Assembly: GCA_032718475.1 (NCBI GenBank)
Contig: JAUCBJ010007607.1
Location: 1-64,000 of the forward strand
DNA: 64,000 nucleotides
From: Nemertoderma westbladi
Taxonomy: Eukaryota > Animalia > Xenacoelomorpha
Direction: 5' to 3'
Part shown: positions 1 through 13,559 of the stretch, in pieces
Numbering within the stretch: the first letter of the stretch is position 1
Layout: each line of letters starts with the position of its first letter
Program-made: the position numbers and the translations under genes
The notes under the pieces: model-generated
Databases searched by the model: none
The model's input: only the letters and a program-made list of their open reading frames with translations
What the model was told of the DNA's origin: nothing

Positions 1-2260
1 CCTCATAAACAAAAGGTGGAGAAACAGCATGATCAACTGCGAGGCATACAGCTCGTTCAACCTAATTGGTTCGGACCACATAATTGTGACTGCAGAGATC
101 AGACTCAGTTTGAGAGCCAGCAAACCCAGGACAAGCAAGCAAATCAACTATGACTGGGAGAAACTCAGAACTGACAATGCTGTAAAGGATGCTTATACAG
201 TAGAAGTTCAAAACCGCTTTGAAGCACTTCAGTCAATGGATGAAGACCAATCCACCGATTCAATATACCAGAATATAATAACAGCCCACAAGGAATCAGC
301 TAAGAGGCATATCCCCCAGAAACCCAAACAAAAACAATATGTGCCATGGCAAAACTCTGAGGTTACTTGTAAGAGAGAAGATCTTAAGATAGCCTACAAA
401 GTTAAAACCGAACAACCAACAACAGAAAACATTAATAAGGTTGAGAAAGCTAAGGACGATCTTAAATTGGCCTACAACATCAGCAAGGAAAAGTACATAC
501 AGGATTAAACTGAAGCAATTACAACTGCTCACAACAGCAACAATCAAGACTTACCTGGCAAACTGTAAATGAGGTATCTGGTCGGAAAAGTTGTGCAAAG
601 GGGCGCCTCAAAGCCGATAGTCCTGAAGAACGTGTTGGGAAGGGGAAAAATCACTTCAGCAACTTGCTTGGGCAGCCACCAAACATCGAGGTCAGCCCTA
701 CAAGGAAAATATATGACAAGACACTACCTATAGAAACAGGGGACTTCACACCTGCCGAACTCCAAAGAAGCATTAAAAGCATGTCCAATAATAAAGCGAG
801 TGGATTAGATGAAATCCCAGCGGAGGTATGGAAAACCGGAGTGCTAAGTAGACCATTATTGAATGTTTGCAACCGGATGTTAAAAGGGAAAAAGCCACCA
901 CCAATTTGGACTAAAGGTCAACTAAAGCCTCTCCCCAAGAAAGGAGACCTCGGCATACCAAAAAACTACCGTGGGATCTGTCTGCTTGTGGTAGCTGCCA
1001 AAATATACAATAAAATGATTCTATATAGGATTAGGCCTCACATAGAGAAACTACTGCGTAAGAGCCAAAACGGATTTCGACCAAATAGCTCAGATACTTG
1101 CACTACGGAGACTGATTGAAGGAATTAAGTCAAAGAATCTCCCCGCTGTCATGACTTTTGTGGACTTCAAGGCATTCGACTCCATCCATAGAGGTAAAAT
1201 GCTTGAAATCCTAAGAGCTTATGGAATACCAGAAGTAATTGTTGCTGGCATTGGATTGTTATATTGTGACACAGAAGCGCAGGTACTCTCACCAGATGGT
1301 GAAACTGAGTTTTTCTCAATCCTGGCTGGCGTACTGAAAGGTGACACATTAGCACCATTACTATCTGTAATTGTGCTGGATTACGCAATGAGGACGGCCA
1401 CAAAGGGTGAAGACCTGGGATTCACACTTCAAGAACGCAGAAGTAGTAGATATCCGGCAACTACAGTCACAGACACCGACTTTGCGGATGACATCGCCCT
1501 GCTCTCTAATACCCTAGCAGATGCACAGCTTCTACTAAATAAAGTGGAGAGGGCTGCTAAGGAGGTTGGATTGCATATAAATGCTACAAAGACCGAATTC
1601 ATGACCTTTAATGTTGATGGAAACTTGACAACCATTGATAGTAATCAACTAAGGAAGGTCGATGATTTCCAGTACCTTGGATCATGGATAGAGAGTAGCA
1701 AAAAGGACATAGAAGTTAGGAAAGCAAAGGCTTGGGTAGCTCTATCAAAAATGGATACCATCTGGAAATCAGATCTCTCCAGGCACCTGAAGACTAAGTT
1801 CTTTCGAGCCACAGTGGAAAGTGTATTTTTATATGGGGGTGAGACCTGGACACTGACTAAATCACTTGAACAACGAATTGATGGTTGCTACACAAGACTA
1901 CTAAGGGCAGCCCTAAGCATCAGCTGATGTCTGCTGATGACAACATCAGCAGACAACACATGACAAACGCCGAGCTTTATGGTACAATACCACCTGTATC
2001 AACCACCCTCCGTGAACGCAGATTAAGATTCAGTGGGCACTGCTGGCGAAGTAAAGACGAGGTCATACCAGATCTACTTTTCTGGCAACCAACTCTTGGA
2101 AAGCGTAGTCGTGGACGACCGGCCATAACATATATAGATCAACTTGAAAGGGATACTGAACTTAGGAGAAACGAAATTGCGACAACTATGGAGAATCGGG
2201 AAGCCTGGAAGGATCTCATTTCCACTGTCCGAGTTCGCTCGACCTAGTAGTAGTAGTAAG
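1..2260 (+). mobile_element. Degenerate RTE-clade-like non-LTR retrotransposon (3' part, 5' end outside window)
   Basis: ORF pieces 29-508, 664-1119, 1151-1927 and 1885-2247 join through stops and frameshifts into the end of an APE domain (GSDH), RT (KASGLDEIPAE, NYRGICLL, QNGFR, FVDFKAFDS, GDTLAPLL, FADD) and an RTE-type C-terminus (RRLRFSGHCWR...GKRSRGRP). The stop codon at 2245 runs directly into a (TAG)4-TAAG tail. Confidence 0.9.
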
Positions 2261-2435
2261 TTACCACTTATTAATTTTTTTAGAGTAAATTTTTCTGTTG
2301 CAACGATTTATTAAATTATATTTTTGCCAAATTTAGTTAAGAAATTAAATTTCATTAATAATGCTATGGGCCTGTCATGTAAATAGTTTACAACTTATTG
2401 ATCTGGTACAAATAATATATTTTATTTAATTACAG

Positions 2436-3292
2436 TGTCTCCCAAACGTCGTCAGTCTGACAGCCAATCCAGTGGTGGAGGCGGAGATATTTACTCGCCC
2501 GAGCCGAGGGAACACCCGGGGTATCCACTCCAAAGGGCGCCGCCATCGAAACGGCTTCCTTTCATAAAGAAACTACGGGGCACCGGGGAGGAAACCCAGT
2601 CGAGTTTCGAGTCAGCGACGACGGAGGATTCATCGGATTGGCGGTATCCGGAGTCGGATGCGGAGCGATCCGACACAAACTCCTTGAAACTCAAACAAAT
2701 GAAGAACGACTCCGGGTACAAATCAATCAGCTTCGAGAGGCAATGGGGTCGCGAGAGTCTGGAAGAGAATCCCGCGAGTCAACCGTCAGAGCGTACGCTG
2801 CTCCGGGCCGCTTCTACGGAAACTCACGCCGATGAATCATTCTCTGGACGACGGCGGAATGACCCGCGTTCCGCATCGCGACGACGTCGTGACTTCACTT
2901 CCGGAGGTCCCGCCTTCACTTCGGACTCGTTGGATGAGCCGCCGAGTTGGGAGGAGTACCACCTGAGTCGTCAACGGATGCTCGGGAAACCCAAAGGGAT
3001 GCTACGCAAACTGTTCCTAGGGCAACGGAATGCCCATAGCAACCCGACATATTCGGAGCGGGATTATAGTATTGACTCAGTTTCCGATAAAATATTCAAA
3101 TCCTATTTGTCTGCGGATAGCGGTTCATGTAGGAGGATTCATCAGTCCCCCGCCAGGAGGCGCTATTATGAAGCCAGACAAGAAGAGTCTATAGAGGAGG
3201 TTGGTAGTGAGTCAGACGAGAGAGTGGCCTTTGATACGCAGGAATCCATAGAAGATGATTTCGAGAGAATGCAACAGCCGCTACAGCAGTAG
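2436..3292 (+). CDS. Terminal coding exon of a host gene, CBARP/BARP-like (calcium channel beta-subunit-associated regulatory protein-like)
   Basis: Splice acceptor tttatttaattacag ends at 2435 (phase 1). GC-rich open frame to TAG 3290-3292, with AATAAA at 3505. Motifs LKQMKNDSGYKSI and RDYSIDSVSDKIFKSYL match, in the same order, motifs I recall from vertebrate CBARP (LLQMDSGYASI, RDYSIDEKTDALFHEFL). Recalled, not searched. Confidence 0.65.
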
Positions 3293-3806
3293 TGCTGCCA
3301 TACCCCACTACTGCAGCTCAACTGATGTCAGAGATACAATGGCCCCACAGTGTTTGATTTTTGGCAATGATTTTTGAGATAAAATTGGGGATATTCTAGA
3401 ATATAAATTCCAGAATATCCCGAAATATGTTCTAGAACATCTTGGCGCAACTATTGCACTGCAATATGTTAAATAGTGTGCAATTCCTTTCTATGAAAAC
3501 CCAGAATAAATTAATCTATTATATTAATTAACATTTATTCATGTAAAGTGCAAATGTTCTATGATATAAAATAATTTATTATTTGTAAAAAAATATATGT
3601 ATTTTATTTAATGTGATTTTGGAATTTTAATGTAAATCCGAATCGGATTCTTGTAAGTTGTGTGGATATCTAAATAATAAACAATATATCATGTTTTTTT
3701 ATAGACCCAAATACCCCCCCCCCCCCCCCTACCCCAGCTCATCATAAAGCTCATTAGTGACCCAGAACCCCCCCCCCACAACATCATCAGTCATCATCTA
3801 ATTTAA

Positions 3807-5221
3807 GGGGGGGGGGGGGGGGGGGGTACACCCCCCTATGGACCTTTTTTGCAAATGGCTATAATTTCTGCTTGTGTGTAATTTTGTATATTTTATACCT
3901 TTCGTGGGATTAACATATGGCCAAAGATTGGGTTCAAAAAAAAATTTTCATATTTGCGTCGCCCTCTAGCGGCCACCAGCGAAATTGTAACCGATAATTC
4001 AAAATTCTAACCGATAACTTTTGATCAAAACCCGAAAAGAAATCAAACAAAAAAAAAATTTCGAAAATTGGTTAAGAAATGGCTGAGTAGTAGTATTTTG
4101 AATGTGAAAAATGCAATTCCGAGATAAACGCATTTAAAGTGTAAGAACAATATATTTCAAATGTTCCCGCTATTTTCAGTACTGGTATCTCCTTTTCTTT
4201 TCCCATTGGTTATCCCCTATCCATATTTTGTGATTTCTCATTGGATTTCATGAAATTTGGTTCAAAAAAACCCCTACCCACTTTTAACAACCTGTTAAAA
4301 TAATTTTAGAGTGCTTGCCCAAAAACACTTCGCGCAGCACGTGAACAAATTACATTTTGGCGTATTGATTTGATCGCATACTATTTCGTCATTTAGTAAT
4401 AAATAGTCATGGAATAATGAGATAACCTTAAGAAACATTCAAAATTATTTAAAAATTTCCACATAATTTTATAATAAGCCTTTACACAGAACATTAAGCT
4501 TTGCGCAGCACGTGAAACCTTCGCGCAGCACGTGAGACATTTGCGCAGCAGGTGAAGGTTTCACGTAGCACCTAAATTCTTCATAAAGCACGTTAATTAA
4601 TCGAGAACCTCGGAAAGCTTTTTGATCAGAATGAGAAGCCTTCACGCGGCACTTGAAAAGTTCATGCTGTACATGAAGACTTCGCGCAGCACGTGAATTA
4701 TTCTCAGAGCATGCGGAATTAAAAAAAAATAAGTTTATGGTTGTTTCCCAGAATAATTATTACTAGCTATTGTTATATGATGGTTCACATTTGTTATTAC
4801 TAGTAGACAACTAGTCCATTAGACAACTGTTCAATATGTAATACAAAACCCACAAATATATATTAAATATATATTAATTAAAATTTGACGGACATGTTGA
4901 CAGACAGACAGAACAAACAGACAAACTGACAGACAAACTGAGAGACAGACATAGTGATTAGATATTTCCAAATATTAAAATAGACATCGACATTAAGAAA
5001 AATCCTAACAGTAAACATTTCAGATTGCTTATTTTATGCCCTTTTTAATATTTCGATGGACAGACAGACAGACATACAGAGGGAAAACCAGCCATTACTC
5101 GAGAAGTAAAAGAGATCTCGCTAAGCCGTTTCCAGATTTGAAATCCGCATTAAATTCTACTCTAGATGAAATAAAAAAACAAAAAATGTAAATTTTGACC
5201 TGAGGGGGGGTGTACCCCCCC
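3807..5221. mobile_element. Non-autonomous DNA transposon (Kolobok-like MITE)
   Basis: TTAA on both sides (3803-3806, 5222-5225). Termini G(n)TACACCCCCC / GGGGGGTGTAC-C(n) are inverted repeats starting with purines (Kolobok RR...YY pattern, not piggyBac CC...GG). Internal TTCGCGCAGCACGTGA repeats at about 4329-4700 and ACAG microsatellites. Confidence 0.7.
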
Positions 5222-5270
5222 TTAAATAAACAATAATGTTCTCTGTTACTTTATTGAATTTTGCGATTCA

Positions 5271-5497
5271 CCTGTGGGGCGAGCCACGAAGTGAGTGAGC
5301 CTTAGCGTAGTGGTACCATTAATCAACCTGTCGTTCTGTGGGACGAGCCACGAAGTGAGTGAGCCTTAGCGTAGTGGTACCATTAATCAACCTGTGGGGC
5401 GAGCCACGAAGTGAGTGAGCCTTAGCATAGTGCTACCATTAATCAACCTGTGGGGCGAGCTACAAAGTGAGTGAGCCTTAGCGTAGTGGTATCATTA
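5271..5497 (+). repeat. Four tandem ~57-bp units, left part of a DINE/HINE-like element
   Basis: Unit CCTGTGGGGCGAGCCACGAAGTGAGTGAGCCTTAGCGTAGTGGTACCATTAATCAA. The fourth unit breaks at ...CATTA (5497) and resumes at 12158 (ATCAACCTGTCGTTC). Confidence 0.9.
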
Positions 5498-5652
5498 GTG
5501 GTTCAATCCTGCTACCAGAAATCAACAAATTTTGAATGTTTTGGCATAGTCTTTTCAGTTTCACTGCACCAGTCAGCCTTTGCTTAAACTTTTGTGTTTA
5601 TACGTTCTACACTTACCACCTACCGTACCATTCGCGCATATAATCACCAAAA

Positions 5653-7382
5653 ATGACGTCTCCCATAACTGGGAGAATTGAAAAAGATGACCAAGTCAGC
5701 GAGGACAACGAATCCATGAATCTCTGGTACATGGCCGAATCACCATCCACAGCTACCGGGCCCGGTAGCTGCAGTTCGGATCAGAAACGTGCGGAAGCAA
5801 CCAACATGAACGACACAGTCGTCTGGGATGGGCTATCGTCACAACTCGACCCGTCCAACGTCCCAGGTAAACCGCCCACTCCCTGTAACCCTACCCAGGC
5901 TACTAGTATCAAGCCCCTTAATGAGGAATCAATGGACCAACTGTGGAGCTATGTTCGCGAGTTATCAACACGTATAATTACTCTGGAACATCAACTATCG
6001 CAGCTGCATCAAGTTTGTAGGAACGACTTATCCCGTATCGCTGTGTTTGAAAAACGATTGTACGATCTACAAGCCGGAGCCGGTGCGGTAGTCAGTCCGC
6101 ATACCGCTGATACCGTCGCCATCTCACCAGCAGCAGAGGAACCGCAATCAATCCAACCCATCCCTAATGCTTCATTGGCAATACATCAACAGTCTACAGC
6201 TGCACCAGCCATTGACAACGTACCGGTTAGCGACAACAACGACATGGAATTAAACAGTGTTAATTCTGAGCAACCAGCAATTCCCGTATTGTTGGTTGAG
6301 GATGAGGACCAACTTGGCCTACCGTACACCGCTAAATCTGACGAACCGTTTACCACGATCGAAAATCAGAAGTTCAATAGAATTGATAATCTACTATTCA
6401 TGGATAGTAACAGGAACCACCTCGTAACTAACCAATTAAAAGCAGCGACCCGAATGATTCCAACGTCAACTACCGAAACTCTGATCAACAACCTAACACG
6501 GGCTACAAAGCAGTTTTCAAACATATCCACTGTGTTCATAATGGTGGGAACGAATGACACCACTGGAAATGATTCACCAAACCATATTACTACGATGATG
6601 AATAACATCACGAAAGCTATCGAGATTGGACGATCCGCTTGGATAAACTGTAGGTTTATTATATCACACCTACTACTCCGAGCTGACTACCCAATACAAC
6701 ACGTAAACAAAAGAATTGATCGTTAGGGCAGCGGCTTGGTTTAGCTATATCTACATTCGACCATATTCGCGTATCCCATCTGCGACCAGGGGACTCGAAA
6801 CACCTACACATCCGTCATGCTGGATTACTCGCGCGAACGATTAAAATGCACCTACAAGGGAACCGAGGTTTCCCTGTGCTTAAACATAAATCGTACCAGA
6901 ACGCTCCGATGGATAATCGTACTCCGCTCCAACGTAACCATCCGACACCAACCGGTGGGCTTCCCAACCCGCGGCCCGCTGGAGCTTATCCAAGAGCTCC
7001 ACTCGAACGCCGCGCTCCGTCGCCGTCTGCCCTCCACTCCGACCCCCAGTGGCAGCTAGATGGAGGATATCCCGTTGCCCCACGCCGCAGTCAGTCGCCA
7101 CCCGGAATGTATTGTAACACTCTATGGCGGCCAACCGGAGCATATCCACAACGTAACACTCCAACACCTACAGCTCCTTACTCCCAGTGCGCCCAGTCGT
7201 TGCCCACCTCGTACTCCGACGCAATATTCCCGCTTACTGGAGCATATGCGGCTCCACCACAGCGGAATGTACCGGCACCCGGAGGCTACGGCGGTTTCAT
7301 CGATCCACTTAACCGCACCACTTTATTACCTTCTCCCACTCCTTATGACGTGGAATATCCACCAATTTCCCAAATCAACTAG
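5653..7382 (+). pseudogene. LINE ORF1: coiled coil, SGNH/GDSL esterase-like domain, Pro-rich tail; frameshifted near 6725
   Basis: Heptad region LSTRIITLEHQLSQL; esterase blocks LLFMDSN and IMVGTND; DSKH (DxxH) near 6790 in the frame of ORF 6846-7382. Confidence 0.75.
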
Positions 7383-7999
7383 ACAAACATCCCAAGGGCA
7401 ACCCAACCATACCTCGCTCCGCTAAACAGCAAAGCATCGACCACGCCTAACAGGGAAATAATGATGTCCGCAGCACTTAACCTTCTTAATCACTGCCTTG
7501 GGCAACAATAAATCCATACAGGCCGACTAAATCAGTAAATTAATGTAATATTAACGATTTTACACGCCGATATACAAATTATTAAGTCTATATCATTGAC
7601 TACTCTATAAATGTTATACATTCAGTATTTTGGAATTAATTGTCATCATCATTAATACTGTTCAAACTATATTATGTAGACACGGCCAAAAAATGACGCT
7701 TATTTTCGTAATACCTTTCATTGCTATGATAATAGTAAATAGTTTTCCAAATATTTCCCGCAATTATCTACAACAGTTGGGAAACATAGGAAAAGTAACT
7801 ACTATGTTTTACATAAAATATGCCGCTATACTAGCAACAATTTTCTACTTGAAAACTATATCCTCAGTCTACATAATTAATGAATTTATTCATTACACCA
7901 ACTACACAATCACAATAATTCATACTATATTTAGCAATAATCATATTCCGTATATATAAATCAAATTTATATATTTTTTTATTACCAAAACTATATACC

Positions 8000-10900
8000 A
8001 TGTTTCTGTGTATTTATATAATTATATCGGTAACGTGCAGGAGAGCAGTCCGTTTGGTTTGGCCATTGACACCGGTAATTTTGATCTGGTTTGTGATGAG
8101 CGTCAGCGACCGTATTGTATCGTATACTAATAATTATGTTAGAGTACGAATACACTATATTACTACATATTATCTGTTGCAAATATTATATATGCAAATA
8201 TATGGCACTACAGGACTGGTTAATTGGTTTACATATAATATATATATATCATTTACATATTTTTGTAACAGAGAGCAATGTGGGGTTACTGACAACAATA
8301 GTAGTTATGCCAGACGCAAAATTAACAGAATCCCATATTCAAACAAAACGATAAAACAACGATATTTTCTCACTCTAGCGACATCGTTTTCCTTACTTTT
8401 AACAATTACAATTTTTTCCAAATCCGTGATAAATTCTGCTGCTGCTGACTGTGTAGCTATAGTAGCGCTAACATCAATAATGACAATTATTGCATACTCT
8501 CTAACAAGAGCTATCGCTTGCCGGTATGGCAATCTGAATGTAAAACATATCGCAGCTATAATAGTTAAATTTACCGTAGCAACTTTAATTTGGCAACCTG
8601 AAATATTATTTAACAATCAGCACACTTCTACCAAGGTAACCAACAAACAAATAAATATTATGAAAACTACCGCCAACTACATGCAATTAACAAAATTTTC
8701 CATACAAACCTTAAGATACTGCCTCTACATTCACATGACTGCCAGATTTAACCTATTAATTATCGCATTGATAACACTTGACCTTTTACACCGCGCAGGA
8801 GATATACACCACAATCCTGGACCAATAGAAAGCCAGAACACGAACCACAACGCTACCTCAGAAATACGAAATTATATAATAAAAAATAACAATGTCCTTA
8901 AATTCATGCACATAAATAGCTCAAGTCTTATCAAGCATTTTTCTGAGTTAAAGGACATATTACACGGCATAGACAACAATATTATAATTGGAATTTCGGA
9001 ATCGTGGCTAAAATCAAATGTATCAACAAAATCTATAAGATTACCAGGCTTCACACCATATAGGGACGACAGAAAAAGACAAAAGGGGGGTGGAACTGTA
9101 CTTTATATTCCTAATAATATGCAGCAAAATATACGGCATGACATTAAATCAAAACATAATAAAAACTATTACGAATCTACATGGGTTGAAATAAATAAGG
9201 AAACAATAGTGGGTGTTGCATATAATCGTTCAAGGAAAACTGCACATAACTTTCTTACACACTTTACAGATGAAATCGAAAATGCAATTCATAACGCTAA
9301 CCGCAAAATAGTCATAATGGGCGACTTCAACATTGACCTTAACCAAAACTGTACTGATCACGATCCTAACACAAATAAGCTGGAGGAAATAACAAAACTA
9401 TATAACCTCGAAATACTAGACAGGACAAAACCAACACGTTACAGTAAAACAACTAACACCGTAATTGATATTTTCATTACAACACCAAATTACCTTCACG
9501 ATCATCAGGCACTGCCATGCGACTTCTCAGACCATGAATATATAATTGCAAAAACAGACAAAATCGTAAGCCCCGTAAAGAAACAGAATCAGTACCATTA
9601 CATCCGTGATTACAGTACATTTAATGATAACAACTTCACTCAGGATATTAACAAAATTAGCTGGGACTACATAATATACTCACAAACTGACATCAATTCA
9701 AAATATCAATACTTTGAAACGCAGATCGAAATAGTTATTAACAAACACGCTCCACTGCAATATAAACGTATATCAAATAATAGGAGCAAAAACAAAATAA
9801 CAAATAAACCACCTTGGTGGAATGACTATTTGCAACATTTACATGACATAAAGAACACAACATTACAATTGTGGCGCCAGAACAAAAATATAGAAGCACA
9901 CAAAGAATCTAAAATAGCAAGAAATAAATTTAACACCTACAACAGGTAAATGAAAAATAAATATATTAAAAATAAATTTAACAATAGCTGTACAAGTAGA
10001 GACAAATGGAAAGTTATAAACAGAATACTTAACAAGGACAAGAAAACATGTACAATAACAGCGCTTAATGACATTAGCAATACTACAACAAATTCAAAAC
10101 GCATGGCGACTATTTTTAACACAACCTATATTGCAATGGGGACCTTCACAGGAATCCCTAACTTAGCAAATAACATTAATATATTAACAAACCCCATTGT
10201 AATGCGGGACCAACGAAATTTACCATGCTTTAGTTTCTCGAATATTCATGAATTCTTGATAGATGATATCATAGATGGACTTAACATTAACAAATCAGCT
10301 GGCCCCTCACCAATCACACCGAAACTGCTGAAGCTAATAAAACCTAAAATAATTGCCCCACTAACTTACCTCGTAAATGAATGTATAACCAGATCTACAT
10401 TTCCAACTAAATTGAAAATAGCAGAGGTAACTCCAGTTTTCAAAAAAGGGGACCGACTACAGCCAGAAAACTATACACCCATATCAATAACATCGGCACT
10501 TGAGAAAATATTCGAAAAGGTTTTATACATTCAAATAACACACTATCTGGACAAACACAAGCTAATAAATAAAACTCAATTTGGATTTAGGAAATCTTAC
10601 TCCACTAAGGATGCTATACTATATGCGACAGAATCTTGGCGCAATTACTTAAATACTGGTGAATATATAGCTATTGGAGCCCTAGACCTTAGCAAAGCAT
10701 TCAATTCATTGAACCACACAATATTATTACAAAAATTAGGCGAGTTTGGATTCCACAACACTGCTATCTCTATGCTGCGCACTTTTTTAGTAAACAGATA
10801 TCAAAGAGTGAAACTCAACGGAACCACTTCTGAGTGGAAACTAATCAATCACGGAATTCCACAGGGAACACTCCTTGGCCCGATTATATTTTTAATGTAT

Positions 10901-11869
10901 GTAAATTCCATAGCTAGCAAAAGTAAACTCCAACTAATCCAATATGCAGACGACACCTTAGTATGCTGCAATATCATTGAGTAAACACATAAATGAACTA
11001 AAGGACACATTTTTAGCTCTTTGCACCTCCAACTAAATAACGATAAGACTGAATTCATGTTAATATCCCCAAATTCTAGAACAGACGAGATAAATAGCAT
11101 ACAACTGGATCTCACGGAGGATACAAATAAACAGACTAACATTCCACAATCTACACACATCAATTACCTTGGTCTAACCATTGACAACAAACTTGAATGG
11201 CGCGAACAAATCAAGATCACCTCGAATAAAATGATCCAGGCCGTCTCTGGACTTCGGCAGATAAAGGGTCAGCTACCAGTAGGCACAAAACTAAATATTT
11301 ATAAGGCTTCAGTATTACCATACCACAATTACTGCTGTGAAGTACTAGTATCATTGAATAATGTCCACGGCTTTAAACCTATCTTATATAGCTTAGAGAA
11401 AATACAAAACTATGGACTTCGCATTGTCCATAGCAAAAAGATTTCTGATATTTCTGGCACCGAATCACGTCGTCTATCAAAACTACCAACACTAACAGCC
11501 CTTAGGGATTATTTTGCTTTACGATTTTTTTATCAATATATATTCAAAATTACCAAACCATTCCAAAACTTAGAACTACCATTTATTAGCAACAGTCAGC
11601 AACAACTATTAAACCCGAGAACGAATAAAGTAAAAATTCCAATAACGAAAAACACAATATCATACAACAGCGCTATGTTAAGTTTTGCACGCCTATGGAA
11701 CTGCACAAATAAAACACTAACACTCATAAGGCAATACAAGGAATTCATGCGCGAGTTAAAAAAAACACTTTCATACAAAATACGACAGAAATGCAATTAC
11801 ATAACTTCAACTAAAAGACAACAACCATCTACAATTATTCAACCGTTTTTTAACGAACAGTATTATTAA
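8000..11869 (+). pseudogene. LINE ORF2: hydrophobic leader, 2A-like motif, APE endonuclease, reverse transcriptase; in-frame stops at 9947, 10982 and 10994
   Basis: ORFs 8000-9949, 9950-10984 and 11021-11869 share one frame. Motifs: GDIHHNPGP; ISESWL, GGGTVLY, MGDFNID, FSDH (APE); QFGFR, LDLSKAF, GIPQGTLLGP, YADD, YLG (RT). Confidence 0.9.
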
Positions 11870-12157
11870 CTGCCACTAGCCCTACATTGCAACCTGCTAT
11901 ACTCATTGGTTATTATTATTTATTGTGCTGTTATATTAGTATCAATTACGATTGTGTGTGTATGAGTATGTATAAATATATTTGAGTGAGTATGTGTTTT
12001 AATACTAGTAGTATGTATTGTAGTATAGATTTAGATTTAGAACAAATAACGTGCGGCTGCTGACGCTTATGGGCCATCCAGACGGGCTGCCTCCATATGT
12101 TTTTTAAACATCGGAGTTTTGATGAATAAAAGATTTTAACTAACTAACTAACTATTA

Positions 12158-12500
12158 ATCAACCTGTCGTTCTGTCGTTCTGTCGTTCTTGTTCAATTTT
12201 AAACGTTAATAACTCGGCCAATCTTTGATGAAATCTATCCAAACTTGGTACACATGTTGTTTGGCAAAAGTTTATAAATTTTCCAAGTTGAATTTCCGTG
12301 TGGCCTTCGAGAAGCTAAGATAATAGAAGTTAATTAGTTAATTAAGTTGATTACGGTATTTTTTTGCGGTGTTCAATTTTGAACGTTAATAACTCGATCA
12401 ATCCTCGATGAAATGTAACCAAACTTGGTACACAAATAGTCTGTTAAAAGTTTAGAAATTTTCCAAGTTGAATTTGCTTGGGGCCTTCGTGCAGCACCAG
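12158..12500 (+). mobile_element. DINE/HINE-like (Helentron-associated) non-autonomous repeat, right part, with internal ~180-bp duplication
   Basis: (CTGTCGTT)n microsatellite followed by AACTCGGCCAATC...CCAAACTTGGTACACA core, repeated at about 12370-12490. A near-identical copy lies at 15871-16055. Family assignment is inferred from architecture. Confidence 0.55.
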
Positions 12501-13559
12501 TGTAACTGTCTTACAGTTATAATACATTTATTTATCCAAAATTATAACGCTTGACATCAGCAGGTTGCTAGGAGACTAAATCAGCTGGGTTTCTAGCAAA
12601 TTATGAAATTACAGTACTGCAGTAATACCGTTGTGGCCTGTCTGCCTGTACCGGTACCATACTCAATGTCAATCCCTGAATTAGGAATCATGCAATCAGA
12701 CAATACAGCAATACTGCAATACCATACTGTATTCGGTGTTTTACGGTACTGGCTGACTGGTACCGCGGTACCGGTGCAGTGATTATAGATCACGTATACT
12801 GGTAGCTTACAGGACAGGCCTAATTCTGTAGGCCCTAATTAGCCATGCTGCTATGCACTGCAGTGCGGAATCCGGAGTGCTGGACTGTGGTCCTGAATTA
12901 GATTAGAGGGTCCGTTGGCACCGTACCGCCATGCTACTGTCAGACTGTAGAACTGGACTGGTAGCAACTGCCAACTACAGAACTACCGGTACGGTACCAG
13001 TACTGAACTACGGCAGAAAATGAATTTCTTCGTTTGCGGTTTCTACTCTTGTTAACGGTTAAATATATTAATTAAAGACTATGTATTGGTACGACCGGCG
13101 GCACCGGCAACTGGTATAATCAGATGTAGATGTACATACCAATCTGCCAATACAACAATAGCAATAGGCCTACCCCTACCAACCATCCATCGACTCGGCA
13201 ACTGCAACAATGGAAGTTATGCGGACTAACCAGCTGACCGGCATTCTAAGATCAGGTACCCACTACCAGAGTCTACCCAGCTGCCCAGAAAAGTGTTGGA
13301 ATTGAAATCAAACAACTCACCACCAAGGCCGCCTCTGTCTGTTGACCTCGACTTTCGGTATCACTGCCGCTATGGGCAAACTGGACGAACCGTAACCGAG
13401 GATGAAATCCGGTTTTTTAATCTCACTCTGCCATCAACCAGTGCCCGGCGGTGTTGAAATTGGCACGCATTGTGCAAGCAGTAGGCCTATTGCTCCGAGT
13501 TTCCGGCTGGTCGGGTGCAACTACTGCATCTACATTGCCACACTATAACTCGGTCTCAT

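Larger units (their letters stand above)
5498..12153 (+). mobile_element. Full-length CR1/L2-group LINE (6.65 kb)
   Basis: 5'UTR, ORF1, ORF2, 3'UTR, AATAAA at 12125 and (TAAC)4 tail 12137-12152. ATTA on both flanks (5494-5497, 12154-12157) and the host repeat resumes exactly after the element. Confidence 0.9.

Noticed and set aside
5271-5497. CRISPR-like appearance of short regular repeats (also 50810-52510 and 13560-15635)
   Set aside because: Units are contiguous with no unique spacers, there are no cas genes, and the context is eukaryotic.
7630-7959. Hydrophobic ORF between LINE ORF1 and ORF2
   Set aside because: TTG start, AT-driven composition and no motif; cannot be supported as a gene.
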